In this document: piece after piece, positions 26,131 through 39,800 of the stretch | Layout: the number at the start of each line of letters is the position of its first letter | How positions within the stretch are numbered: position 1 is the first letter of the stretch | Origin: Macrostomum hystrix | Taxonomy: Eukaryota; Animalia; Platyhelminthes | NCBI GenBank assembly: GCA_950097015.1 | Contig: CATNEN010000029.1 | Location: forward strand, 4,960,001-5,024,000 | DNA length: 64,000 bases | Direction: 5' to 3' | The notes under the pieces: model-generated | Database searches by the model: none | Told to the model about the DNA's origin: nothing | Seen by the model: only the letters and a program-made list of their open reading frames with translations | Made by a program: the position numbers and the translations under genes

Positions 26131-27214
26131 TCAATCCATATTCCATCAGCAACAAGGAGCACATTTTCTATATTCACATTCTATTTACCTCCATATTCAA
26201 TCTGTTTTGGTGCTTTGCTAATGTACTTTTAACTGTTTCCATTGTGAAGCAATATTTTATGACCTTGTTTTTCTTTATTTCAGTACAAAATTATTAAGCA
26301 AGAAGAAGCCAAGCAAAGAACAGGTTAAAAGCAATATTTATTGATGGCCTAATTCTCAGTTAGCAAAACGTGCCCGCAGGCGAGCCAGAGAATGCGCCTT
26401 TTGACAGGTGGTATCTGACCGAATGAAAAAGCGACGCAGGTAAAACTTATGAGGAGTCAGAGATTTCATTTGTATCGGAGGAAGTTGGGGAAATAATTAA
26501 TCGTAACAAGGCATCACAAACTCAATCAACAACCGGTTGCTTGCTCCGCTTCATTTCGAGAAATTGAGCAGACATAATTTGGGACACAAAAACGTTGAAA
26601 GGTGCGCGCCTTCAAATGACAGGTAAGAAACACGCACACACCATTCACCTCGTGCGGCAAGATCAAACCGCAGTGATAAAAAATATGTGGGGCTCAGAGG
26701 ACTGCCTGGCAACCGAAGCCTGTTCCTGGCCCGGTCCGGAATGGGAATACCAAAGACTATATAGTTTTGAGCACAATGAGTCCATCTAAGGGCCGGGCAG
26801 TCCAAGATAAAATAGATAGAGCTAAGATTTATTTCTTCAGACAATCGGGCTTTGAAATCTGATCCACCTAGCTTAGGTACAGCTTATATAAGATTAAATC
26901 GAAATTTACTAGCCTAAAATTAACTGTTGCTGTGCGAGTAGCTGGGGCATGCAGTCTAGTTTCGTGAGCACTATAGAAAAAGTGCTTAGTTTAACAGAGA
27001 AGAAAGTGGAGAATAAAATAACGTTCCCAGCACCAAAGGGCGTGAGTTCGAACCGAAGTTATCTGGATAGAGGGCCTGGGGGCTTGCCGTGCAATTCACG
27101 ACGCCTAGTAAGGGCGCCTAGACGGTATACTAAGCATACTCAGTTTGATGACGAAAAATTCAGGAATAATGGACACCGCGAAATTGATATTAATGTAATC
27201 CATTTTTATAGTGA

Positions 27215-28550
27215 TCTCCCAATCTACGAGACCTCCCAATCTCGTACCTCTCATTCTCCCAATCTACCTCTCATCCTCCCACTCTACCTCTCATCCTCCC
27301 ACTCTACCTCTCATCCTGCCACTCTACCTCTCATCCTCCCACTCTTCCTCTCATCCTCCCACTCTACCTCTCATCCTCCCACTCTACCTCTCATCCTCCC
27401 ACTCTACCTCAAATCCTCCCAATCTACCTCTCATCCTCCCACTCTACCTCTCATCCTCCCACTCTACCTCTCATCCTCCCAATCTACCTCTCATCCTGCC
27501 ACTCTACCTCTCATCCTCCCACTCTTCCTCTCATCCTCCCACTCTACCTCTCATCCTCCCAATCTACCTCTCATCCTCCCAATCTACCTCTCATCCTCCC
27601 ACTCTTCCTCTCATCCTCCCACTCTACCTCTCATCCTCCCACTCTACCTCTCATCCTCCCACTCTACCTTTCATCCTCCCAATCTACCTCTCATCCTGCC
27701 ACTCTACCTCTCATCCTCCCACTCTTCCTCTCATCCTCCCACTCTACCTCTCATCCTCCCAATCTACCTCTCACCCTCCCAATCTACCTCTCATCCTCCC
27801 ACTCTACCTCTCATCCTCCCAATCTACCTCTCATCCTCCCAATCTACCTCTCATCCTCCCACTCTTCCTCTCATCCTCCCAATCTACCTCTCATCCTCCC
27901 AATCTACCTCTCATACTTCCACTCTAACTCTCATCCTCCCACTCTACCTCTCCTCCTCCCACTATACCTCCCATCCTCCCACTCTACCTCTCATCCTGCC
28001 ACTCTACCTCTCATCCTCCCACTCTACCTCTCATCCTGCCAATCTACATCTCATCCTCCCACTCTACCTCTCATCCTCCCACTCTTCCTCTCATCCTCCC
28101 ACTCTACCTTTCATCCTCCCAATCTACCTCTCATCCTGCCACTCTACCTCTCATCCTCCCACTCTTCCTCTCATCCTCCCACTCTACCTCTCATCCTCCC
28201 AATCTACCTCTCACCCTCCCACTCTACCTCTCATCCTCCCAATCTACCTCTCATCCTCCCACTCTACCTCTCATCCTCCCACTCTACCTCTCATCCTCCC
28301 ACTCTACCTCTCATCCTTCCACTCTAACTCTCATCCTCCCACTCTACCTCTCCTCCTCCCACTATACCTCCCATCCTCCCACTCTACCTCTCATCCTGCC
28401 ACTCTACCTCATATCCTGCCACTCTACCTCTCATCCTCCCAATCTACCTCTCATCCTGTTACTCTACCTCTCATCCTCCACTCTACCTCTCCTCCTCCCA
28501 CTATACCTCCCATCCTCCCGTGGACTCTACCTCCCATCCTCCCACTCTCA
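27215..28550. repeat. 20-bp minisatellite (ACTCTACCTCTCATCCTCCC)n
   Basis: About 65 copies; almost G-free strand. Confidence 0.97.
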
Positions 28551-29196
28551 GTCAGTGATTTCTTTTGGTGGTCAAAGTTAGCGAATTAGTGTCAAATTTC
28601 AACCTTTCAACCAATGCAACTAGAAAAAAGAAAAAATGCGTTAACAGCTACTCGTACAGCTTAGTATTTACATTGTGAGTAGTAAAGTTAGTATCTTGGT
28701 CGTAAACCAGTTGACCATTCCTCAGTTTTCGTTAACGAATGTATTTTAATGTATTTTACGTTATTTACAGATTTATTTGACAGAGATGGTCAGACTAATT
28801 TTAGATCACAATTGTCGCTTTTAGAAGGATGAGAGTTTTACTTAGCAACTTGCGCGGCCAAACGGAGGAATATCAAATAAATAAACTGACTAAACCAATA
28901 AACAACTAGACACAAATACTGCACATACTGCATATAAAATCCAATGGGAGAAAGCAAAGTTATAAGCAGCAGAGCATTATTCTAGGAGTATAAATACAGA
29001 TGATAACAGACACAAAAATTGGGACTAATATGAGAATGACTAAGGGGAGCCAGAAGACAAAAAACCTGTGTAGAAAGACATTGAAATAGTTGAAAACTGC
29101 AATTCTTGTTTTTGCTTGACCAATAAATATTTTATGGATGCGTTCTGTACAATATGAACAAGTGAATAATTTTTTTTGTTGTTTGTTTAAAAGGCC

Positions 29197-29498
29197 TCTA
29201 CAAGGGAAGAGGTTGTAGCCTAGTGGTTAGGGCGTTGGACTTATGACTTGAAGGTCGGGTGTTCGATTCCCGACTCCACTGGTACAATTTGTGACCTTTA
29301 GCAAGACGCTGAACTCTGAACTGCTTCAGTTCACCCAGCTGTTAAATGGGTACCAGCATCAGCTGGGGTAATTGAGGGTGGGTGTGGCGTCTCCCCAGTC
29401 CATGGACTGAAAAGCTGTACACAGCCTTCAGATTCGCCGCGCAATAGCTGCGGCTGTGCTGTCGGCTGCACATCTGGCCCACTTAATTTATCAATTAA
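29197..29498 (+). mobile_element. tRNA-derived SINE with CORE-like central domain
   Basis: Pol III A box TAGCCTAGTGG (29216-29226) and B box GTTCGATTCC (29261-29270), then TGTGACCTTTAGCAAGACGCTGAAC..CAGTTCACCCAGCTGTTAAATGGGTACC resembling the CORE domain; AT-rich tail; flanking direct repeat TTAAAAGGCC (29187-29196, 29499-29508). Confidence 0.8.
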
Positions 29499-31849
29499 TT
29501 AAAAGGCCAACTTTTAACATCTTGTTTACAGGAAAACTTATTCCTCTTAAAAAACGGACCATTTAAGCGAACAATAAAAACTAATCAAGGTTTCATAATA
29601 TTATCAGAAACATCATAGAAAAGCTGAACAAATATACTTATAATTAGATCACAATTCTAAGAACTTTTCCAGGAAATTTTTAAATCTAAAACTAAAAACG
29701 CACATAAATTTTATGATATAAAAGAATAATTCGCTTTTTATTCTCTTTAGTTTAGTTGTTAACTTTACAGCGCAAACACACACGCACATATTAAGGTAGG
29801 TTAAGATGTTTATTCAATATAATATAGGCATTATAGAGTGTGGGAAAATTGACGCCAACTTTCACTGTACATTTTATACTTAATTTTCATTCAGTCCTTA
29901 TCAGAGAGTGCCTGGCTATTTTTAGCACCAAGGCCAGAAGTCGCGTGGACATAGGCGACCTTATAGTGCGATGCTATTTATAGCAACATGACGCGCAAAC
30001 TTTCACGCGATGTTTGCGTGCCTGACATCACTGTCAGCCATCGAGCCAATGATTCGAATTTCAGTAATTGAAAGCAAAATCTATAAATAAATGGGACACG
30101 GGAGCAAAGGAGTAGCAGCAGATGCACACAAATTAACAAGCTCAAACAGACAAAGCACACAAAAGCTTGGATATAGCAAAACACAGATTAAAGGGGACTC
30201 AATCAGATTGATGCAATTTGAATAAGGGTACATAAACAATAGCAAGCAGAGACAAAACTTAACAAACTCAAGAATAGCAGACAGCTGGGATTCAAGGGTC
30301 AAGCAACATGTTAAACACTGTGATAGGTTAGACTGACAGACAGACAGACAGACAGACGAACATAATGAGACAGAACACCTGGGACATTACTGGATGCTTT
30401 ACATCGTAACTGAAACAATAAAAAAGAGAAAACCAAAGAATAATATATTAGATTTTTGTTGCGGAAAAAGATAGAACAAATACAGTGGCAGGATGGGAGA
30501 CTGGGCTCTGAAAGCGAGATGCTAATGCTTGCTGAATAAAGTTCAAGGAAGGTATGATTTATTTCACTATCTTAAATAACAATTTAAGCAAGCAGTAAGC
30601 GTAATTGTTCTTCAAAGTTTAAAGTATGTGCGGGCAATATCTATGCTCAAAAAGTATTATTAGACACATTACTTTCTCTGAGTTGGTGCGTACAACACTT
30701 TGCGTAATGGAGCGTGCTCGAAGGCAAAAATACAATAAAGTAATTGAGAAGAGAATAATATGTTCTGGCAGAGGAAAAATGTATGCAGACAGGTAGGTAG
30801 TGTTTGAATATTATGTGAGTAGTCACTATAGAAAGAGACAGTAGTAATCAAACAATTAGTTTTAATTTACATAATCTGACTTGCAATTTTCTTGCATTAA
30901 TGCTTTCAAAAAAAGACTAAAAATATCGAAAATTGGTTAGACAGTCATGTGAGACACATAAGCAAACTACGCGCAAAAATTGACACGCAAAATGTTTCCA
31001 CAAAAAAATCGCAACTGGCCTACTTAAGTCAGTAGAGTAGTTAGGATGTGGGCAGAGCGAAAGAATCAAGATTTTTGTTGCAGTTCATCACGTGAGCCAA
31101 TGAAAGCGAAGTAACAAAATAAATTTCGTCAGCTATTATATAAAAATAGCCGTTACTATGTGGTTGCGAGGGGCGCTTTTTTTAACTGAATGTACATCTG
31201 CTAAAACTGTACTTGTTAAACTTTTACTCAAACCACTTCTTTACACGATAGGTACCTGTATTCTCGATAATGGCTACTAACAAAAGCCAAAATCAGTAAA
31301 GAGCTGGGATAGTGAAAGGAAATTTTCAAAAATAGCAACAATGGCATTGCAAAACTGTTGCACAATACCTTGACATTTTCAGCTAAAGTAATTATAGTAA
31401 CAAGGTGGGTTTCGTGTGAGCTGACGAATTGACACGTGGCAACTCCGTGCCTGGCAGTTGCATTAGAAAACAGGGTTTATAACTGCGCAATGTATTTTAT
31501 ACAGACAGGTTAATCATTTATAGGTAGCCAAAAGCATGTAACACAAGTGTAAACATGCCGTGTTTATAAAGTGAGTGAATAAATAAAAACTAATTTATTG
31601 CAGATCTAGTCTGCTCTATAATTGGACTGTAAATAATAAAATGTTACCCGACGGAAAGAAAATAAGGAAATAAGCATTATAATATTTGTTGTTTTTAGTT
31701 TAAAATTAGAAAAGTCTTGTTTTGAAGCCTCGCCCAAGCACACAGTGTGTCTTGTGACATTTTTTCTGGCTAATTTATCATCTTTTAAAGTGAATGAAGG
31801 ATGCTTTATTATTTTATTCTCCTAAAATATATTTAATAAGAGATTCAAG

Positions 31850-32280
31850 TACGAACCTGATTCTTAGAAAGAATATTAATTTAGTAACGATTCTAAGAAA
31901 ACTAATCTCTTTGGAGTAAGCGATTCTAAGAAACACCATTCTCTTTGGAGTAAGCGATTCTAAGAAACACCATTCTCTTTGGAGTAAGCGATTCTAAGAA
32001 ACACGTCTCATTTGAGTAGCGATTCTAAGAAACACGTCTCCTTTGAGTGGCGATTCTAAGAAACACGTCCCCTTTGAGTAGCGATTCTAAGAAACACGTC
32101 TCCTTTGAGTGGCGATTCTAAGAAACACGTCTCCTTTGAGTAGCGATTCTAAGAAATACGTCTCCTTTGAGTAGCGATTCTAAGAAATACGTCTCCTTTA
32201 AGTAGCGATTCTAAGAAATACGTCTCCTTTGAGAAGCGATTCTAAGAAACAGAATTCTCTTTTGAGTAGCTATTTTAGAA
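31850..32280. repeat. 31-34-bp minisatellite (GCGATTCTAAGAAACACGTCTCCTTTGAGTA)n
   Basis: About 11 good copies just downstream of the RB1CC1 stop codon. Confidence 0.92.
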
Positions 32281-32412
32281 TATGTAAAAAAGAATAAAAA
32301 AGAAAACCAAATGTAAATTATAAAGGCCAAGTGATATTTTTAACAACATAGACAGCAATATTTAATGATTGAACCAAAGGCAGAAACGTTATTAACAGAT
32401 TTGTGCCGTAAT

Positions 32413-35400
32413 TCACTGAATATCCTGGTCCGATGAGCTAGTCAACTGAGGCGTCGATGAAGAATAACTCAAACTGCTGAACAGTTGAGCATTTGACAGC
32501 GGGTGGAGGCGCAGGTGACAGCGGTAGAATCTGGTGCCCATCTGCAGACGAAATCTGTTGGGAAACTGCAATGTGAAATAGTTCTTGGGTGAGACAAAAT
32601 TGCAGGCAGAAAAACAGTCGACTATTACTGAGTATTAGAACATATAAGATTCAGTGATAAAAATGTAATTACGTAAAAATAGTTTTAGATACGTGAATCT
32701 TGCCTAGAAACCATGAGATGATTTTTAGAAATTTGACACGTGGACACCATATGTGGAAATCCGGACATTTATGAAAGGTGGACACTATAGAACGGTTCTA
32801 AGAAAGCTGGACACTATAGAACGATTCTAAGAAAGCTGGACACTAAAGAACCATTTTAAGAAAGCTGGACACTATAGAACCATTCTAAGAAAGCTGGACA
32901 CTATAAAACAGTTCAAAGAAAGCTGTCACTATAGAACCATTCTAAGAAAGCTGGACACTATAGACCATTCTAAGAAAGCTGGACACTATAGAACGATTCT
33001 AAGAAAGCTGGACACTGTAGAACAGTTCTAAGAAAGTTGGACACTATAGAACCATTCTAAGAAAGCTGGACACTATAGAACCATTCTAAGAAAGCTGGAC
33101 ACTATAGAACAGTTCTAAGAAAGTTGGACACTATAGAACCATTCTAAGAAAGCTGGACACCATAGAACCATTCTAAGAAAGCTGTCACTATAGAACTATT
33201 CAAGAAAGCTGGACACTATAGAACCATCCTAAGAAAGCTGTCACTATAGAACAGTTCTAAGAAAGCTGGACACTATAGAACCATTCTAACAAAGCTGGAC
33301 ACTATAGAAACATTCTAAGAAAGCTGGACACTATAGAACCATTCTAAGAAAGCTAGACACTATAGAACGATTCTAAGAAAGCTGGACACTATAGAACCAT
33401 TCTAAGAAAGCTGGACACTATAGAACCATTCTAAGAAAGCTGGACACTATAGAACCATTCTAAGAAAGCTGGACACTATAGAACCATTCTAAGAAAGCTG
33501 GACACTATAGAACCATTCTAAGAAAGTTATAATCGAAACCGAAAACGATTTTTTAGAACGTGAATCCAGCTTCATTTAGAAATTTAGACTATTTGAGAAA
33601 TTATACTGCTAACTATGTTTAACCTTTCGTGAGAAACTATTCAAAGAAAGTCCAATTAATAAAAAGGTAATCATTAGGAAATAGGACAGAGGGGATAAGG
33701 TGGCGCTAATGACAGCTGCAGCTGAATAATCCGGGGGGTTTTCCGTCTGAAAAGTCCTGCCTGTTCTATTTTTAGCAACACACGCAGCTCTATGCACGCA
33801 CAGGCGTGAAGACAGTACCAAGGCACTCTACACAACCTGATTAAAGTAATGTACATGCGAATGCGGTTGGGCAAAGGCTGAAAGGCATTCTTTCAATACC
33901 TTAGATTGAGAGATAGAGAGAGAGGCCAGTTAGAACAGAACACATGGCGCCACGCAAAAGTTTTTTTCTAGTTTAGCAAGCCTGAAAAACTGATTGCCTT
34001 TAGCCTAGATGTTCTGTGTGAAATGCACGCGTCAGGTGCCTCGGCTAGTTCGTTGGAACAAAAATTCTGCTGTGACCTTAAAGATTATTTGAAGCCTCGA
34101 TGCCCGACCCTCAATGCCTATCTTTACCAGAGGCTAGAAGAAAGTACATTATTGTACTTCAAATCTCCTATTTCCCTGCACTTTGGCCATTAGTTGTTTC
34201 ATATTACACGCGAGTGATAGGTATAGAAGCCAGGCGAACAAGTAAGGGCAAAGGAAGTGACACTTTAGGCAAAGAATTATTCTCAAAATATAGTCACTCA
34301 CTGTGTACTATTAAAGTAGAAACTATGATATGAAGCAGCAAGGATTCCTGGTTTGGAAACTGACGATTCCCAGTTTGGAAACTGACGATTCCCAGTTTAG
34401 AAAATGACGATTCCTGGTTTGGAAACTGACGATTCCCAATTTGGAAACTGACGATTCCCAGTTTGGAAACTGACGATTCCTGGTTTGGAAACTGACGATT
34501 CCTGGTTTGGAAACTGACGATTCCCAATTTGGAAACTGACGATTCCTGGTTTGGAAACTGACGGTTCCTGGTTTGGAAACTGACGATTCCCAGTTTGGAA
34601 ACTGACGATTCCTAGTTTGGAAACTGACAATTACTAGTTTGGAAACTGACGATTCCCAGTTTGGAAACTGACGATTCCTAGTTTGTAAACTGACGATTCC
34701 TAGTTTGGAAACTGACGATTCCCAGTTTGGAAACTGACGATTCCCAGTTTGGAAACTGACGATTCCTGGTTTGGAAACTGACGATTCCCAGTTTGGAAAC
34801 TGACGATTCCTGGTTTGGAAACTGACGATTCCTGGTTTGGAAAGTGACAATTCCTAGTTTGGAAACTGACAATTACTAGTTTGGAAACTGACGATTCCCA
34901 GTTTGGAAACTGACGATTCCATGATTCCTATTTGGGAAAACAGACGATAACCACGAGACGGGTCCCTGAGCTTAGAAAAAAGAGGTACAGTTAAAAATAT
35001 AGAAGAGCTGACCTTTCTAGTCTGGCAGTGCTCCTTGGACTGGAATTCGGCCAGCATGATGGCTTGACCGTGGCCAACTGGCAGATGTGCCGGCAGACCC
35101 AGGGTGCCCAGAGTTGAATCCTTGACAAAGTACAAGCCTCCATCGGAGCAGTACAGGGCCCACTGTTCGTGGGCGTGAGCATAGTAGAGCAGGACAGTGT
35201 CACCCTTGCGAAAGCTGCAATGGCATAGGCAGACGGTGCGCTCCGGTGCGCCAGGCGGCAGGTGAGAATCGGCGAGCGATTGAGCAGTCTGCTCAGTGGA
35301 CACGTAGACGGATGTGACAGCGACGGTGGACTGTTGAAGCTGCTGCATCTGATTCTGCTGCAGCTGGTGATGAAGCTGAAGGTCTGGGTGGCCGGAGGTG

Positions 35401-36264
35401 CTCAAGCTGGCTGCGGCTTCCTGCTGATGCGGCATCGACAAGCGGCTGGGTACGACTGGCGACGTTGACAACGGGCTCTGACTGCCGCCGCCGCCGCCAC
35501 CGCCACCAGCTCGTTGATGAAGCCTGCGCATGAGTTCGTGATCCTTCATCATCTGCAGGTTCAATTCGGCCAGGCGTTGCTCCAATTCGCGAATTTTGGC
35601 GTCCTTGGACTCAGCCGGAGTCGGGCTGGCGGCGCGCAGCTCGGCCAGCTGATTGGCGAGGTCCTGATTCTCGCGGCGAAGCGCCTCCAACTCCTGCTCG
35701 TGCCGCAGGCGCTGATCAGCTAGAGCATTCTCAGTCTCTAAGCGATTGCTGTGCTTCAGCTTCTCAACTAACTGGGTATTTTCCGCTTTGGCTCGTTCCA
35801 GGCGATCGCGCCACACCTGGTCGATACTGCTGGCTCTGAGAGCCGGTGGCGGGATGAAGGGATTAAGAAGGCATCAGCTAGTGGACAGAAATGTCTGCGC
35901 TATGAGTGCAGGACCGTGATCTGGGAGGGGCCAAGACAACAGGACAATAATAGATGGATATACTGACAAGGACAAACAGATGGATATACTGACAAGGACA
36001 AACAGATGGATATACTGACAAGGACAAACAGATGGATATACTGACAAGGACAAACAGATGGATATACTGACAAGGACAAACAGACAGACAGCACAGACAG
36101 ACAGACACCGAGCACAGACAGACAGTCAGACACCCAGCACAGACAGACAGCACAGACAGACAGCACAGACAGACACACAGCACAGACAGACAGTCAGACA
36201 CCCAGCACAGACAGACAGACAGGCAGACAGACAGACACCGAGCACAGACAGTCAGACACCCAGC

Positions 36265-36307
<43 letters not shown>

Positions 36308-36309
36308 GC

Positions 36310-36352
<43 letters not shown>

Positions 36353-36449
36353 GCACAGACAGACAGCACAGACAGACAGCACAGACAGACAGCACAGACA
36401 GACAGCACAGACAGACAGCACAGACAGACAGCACAGACAGACACCCAGC

Positions 36450-36484
<35 letters not shown>

Positions 36485-36555
36485 GCACAGACAGACAGAC
36501 ACCCAGCACAGCACAGACAGACAGCACAGACAGTCAGCACAGACAGACACCCAGC

Positions 36556-36590
<35 letters not shown>

Positions 36591-36661
36591 GCACAGACAG
36601 ACAGACACCCAGCACAGCACAGACAGACAGCACAGACAGTCAGCACAGACAGACACCCAGC

Positions 36662-36696
<35 letters not shown>

Positions 36697-36719
36697 GCAC
36701 AGACAGACAGACACCCAGC

Positions 36720-36754
<35 letters not shown>

Positions 36755-36825
36755 GCACAGACAGACAGACACCCAGCACAGCACAGACAGACAGCACAGA
36801 CAGTCAGCACAGACAGACACCCAGC

Positions 36826-36860
<35 letters not shown>

Positions 36861-39800
36861 GCACAGACAGACAGACACCCAGCACAGCACAGACAGACAG
36901 ACAGACAGTCAGCACAGACAGACACCCAGCACTGTCGGGTTCAGACTGAACCTCCATAAAACCGCTCTTAATTGTTAGCCTAGCTTTTCCTTCCCCAGTT
37001 GATCCGCACGCTTCTAAAGATAGCAACACCCTTCTAGAATATTCTAGAATGCTTTCTTTAGCCCAGTACAGTAATGTCTAAGTTCAAAACCTCTAAATTG
37101 TATTCAAGAGACTAATGCACTATGCTCTCACGAGCCGTTCAACCGTTAACAATCTACAAATAAACTCTGCTAATAACCATCAACTACAGCTTTCGTAATA
37201 CAACTGACTTAACAACAACAAGCACAGACAAACAGCACAGACAGACACACAGCACAGACAGACACACAGCACAGACAGACACACAGCACAGACAGACAGA
37301 CAGCACACACAGCACTGATAGACAGACAGACACACAGACAGACAGACACCCAGCACAGCACAGACAGACAGACAGACAAAAATATAGCTTAATTAGGGGA
37401 TGAGTGACAGCGGTTTACGCGCTTGTTTCTTGTTTCTGGGGCAACCATGGCTTAGAAGGGTTGTTTTGAAATTTGAGGACCAAGACACAGTGATAGTTTA
37501 AACAGCCTGACGATGAGAAAGTCAGAGCAAATTTACCGCCACCCTGTGTGAGTGTGTACCTGCGTACCGTATCAGTGTGCGCGTGTGCTCAGTAGTCAGG
37601 GGAACTCACTTGCTGCGCTCATTGGCAGCGGCTTCAAGCTTTTTCTCGGCCTCCTCCAGCCGGTAGCGCTGCCTGTTATTCTCCTCTTCAAGGTCGCGCA
37701 GTCGGCCAGTGAGCTCGCTGCGCACATTCTCCTGCTCAAGCTCGTGCTCAACTAATAGGCGCCGATTTAAAGCGTCCAATTCTGCGGCGGCCTCTACTCG
37801 TTGACGTTGAAGTTGCTCCTGATAATCGGCTACAGCGCGATCATAGTCGCAGTTGGCCACCTGGGCGAGGTAAATAGAGAGTGGCTTTTCCATTGCTTTC
37901 AGTGATAAGCAAGCAATGAGTGATGATCAATAAGAGTCTTGGCCATAAACAATTTATTAATTAACTATAAAGGACAGTTCATTAGTATTGAATAACTTGT
38001 CAGGGTTTTGACCATAGACTATAGGGTGGGAGAATATCAACTACAGATTCAACTACAAACTGCATTATGGGCCATAAGCTATTGAGTGACAATCAAGAAG
38101 AGTAATGCTCACAGGCTATATGGTGATGGTCAACAAGAGTTTCGGCCATAAACTATTGAGTGATGACTGACTAAAGTTTTAGTCCTAAACTATTGCGTGA
38201 CATTTAAATAGAATTTTGGCCATAGAATGTTAAGATATTGAGTCTGACCAGAGCCAATATTGAATATTGAGTCTCACTGAGACAAGTCATGCTGAATAGC
38301 AGCAACTGGTTTTCTCGACGCACTCACCCTAAGCCTGTCAGCGTACTCGTGCAGCTCCGTAGTTAGACTGGCCACTTCGTCCTTCAGGGTGGCAATCTGA
38401 GATTCGTGCTCGCGTCGAACAGAATTCTCGGCGTCGCTAATCCACTGGGTGAGGCCGGCAGACCAGCGGCCGAATTCAGCCGTAGTGTCATCCAACTGTT
38501 GTCTAGTGTCAGTTAATTCGGCTCGCATAGATAAAATTATGCGCCCAGCAGCGACGCCGTAGTCGCTAACGAAGCGGCGCAAATTGATGCAGCCGACACA
38601 CTCCCCGCTGATTGAACCCGAGTCTGTCTGCTGCTGCTGCTGCTGTTGCTGACGTCCGCCGCTGTAGTATCGTCCAAAGTACAGTGGACTGCGCGGAGTG
38701 CCGCCAGAGCTCGAACCCGGGACCAAATGCGACTGCGAGTCATGCGAAGCGACGCCGGCGGGTTTGCCAAAGTCTGGGCAGGTGTAAAAATCGTCACCTC
38801 CCGGCGACAAATTCAGCGTTACCGGCAGCGAGGACAGACTGGCCGACGAGCCGTCAGTGATGGTGCGAACCCTGCGGCGCGTGGGAATGTCCATTGGCTG
38901 GCTGGCGTTGCCGGAGGCCTGCTGCTGCTGCTGATCGGCGAAGTCCTCTTCGCATAGGAAATTCTGCGAGCCGCTGTTGAATGTGTCCACGGACAGGACG
39001 CGGGAGCTGCGGAAGAGGCGGACACGGTAAATTTCATGCTCAGTTGGCTGGAGCTTAGCAATCCCGAGTAAGTTTATATCTAAAAGAGTTTCACCTGGGC
39101 GAGACTGTGTCCGCAGTTTTCATAGCTGTCGGGAACGAAATCGGCCTGCCGCGACTGCGAATGCCCACTCCGCCGCCGCCGGCAGCTTTGACATCGCCGC
39201 TGCTGTCGCCAACCCCGCCACCGCTGCTAACAAAATCCACGGCGCTGCGGCTCTCGTGAATTGGCGGCGGCGGCGGCTGCATCGGCAGATAGTGGCCACC
39301 GAGGCGACCGCCGATGGCGCGGCTGCCTAGCAGGAACTCGACGCTGCCGCAGGAGCGCGGCCTGAAAGCGCCCGCGTCGTCGCCGCATGGAGAATCCAGA
39401 GCCGCCGAAGCAGCCGAGCCGTCGCCATATTCAACAAAGTCTGGCGGCCCGCCAAGGCCGAAGCTGTGCCGACGGGGCAGCTGCCTGGAAAATGTTTTAA
39501 AGCGGCTACTAAGAAATGGGCTGATGAGCTCAAAATGAGCTCATACCTGATCCACCAAATGGGTTAATCCCTGATCCCCAAAATCAGTTCAACCCTGATC
39601 ATAGATAAACCCATGCAGGGGATGGGTTATGAAGCGTCACATTTAAGACACTAATCCGTATTCCCCATCATTCCCGATATGGGTTAATCCCTAATCCGAT
39701 ACGGGTTAATACCTAATCCGATATGGGTTAATCCCTAATCCGATATGGGTTAATACCTAATCCGATATGGGTTAATCCCTAATCCGATATGGGTTAATAC

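Noticed and set aside
24542-26221. 559-aa ORF of LPLSIFD heptads resembling a leucine zipper, plus long antisense ORFs
   Set aside because: Pure 21-bp tandem repeat; the codons in that frame are rarely one step from a stop, so an open frame is expected without selection.
29204-29278. Possible functional tRNA gene
   Set aside because: Anticodon and acceptor stems do not pair properly and the sequence continues into a SINE body with a TSD.
31085-31105. TCACGTGA (CLEAR/E-box-like) next to CCAAT near an autophagy gene
   Set aside because: Single short motif 1.3 kb downstream of the RB1CC1 stop; expected by chance.
32780-33527. GACACTATAGAA matches the core of the SP6 phage promoter (vector contamination?)
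   Set aside because: The upstream ATTTAGGT is missing and the motif is part of a diverging genomic 29-mer array.
12399-36978. Other long low-complexity ORFs (12399, 15426, 18211, 26949, 35878, 36058 and similar)
   Set aside because: Each has an amino-acid period set by the underlying satellite unit; no domain or splice support.
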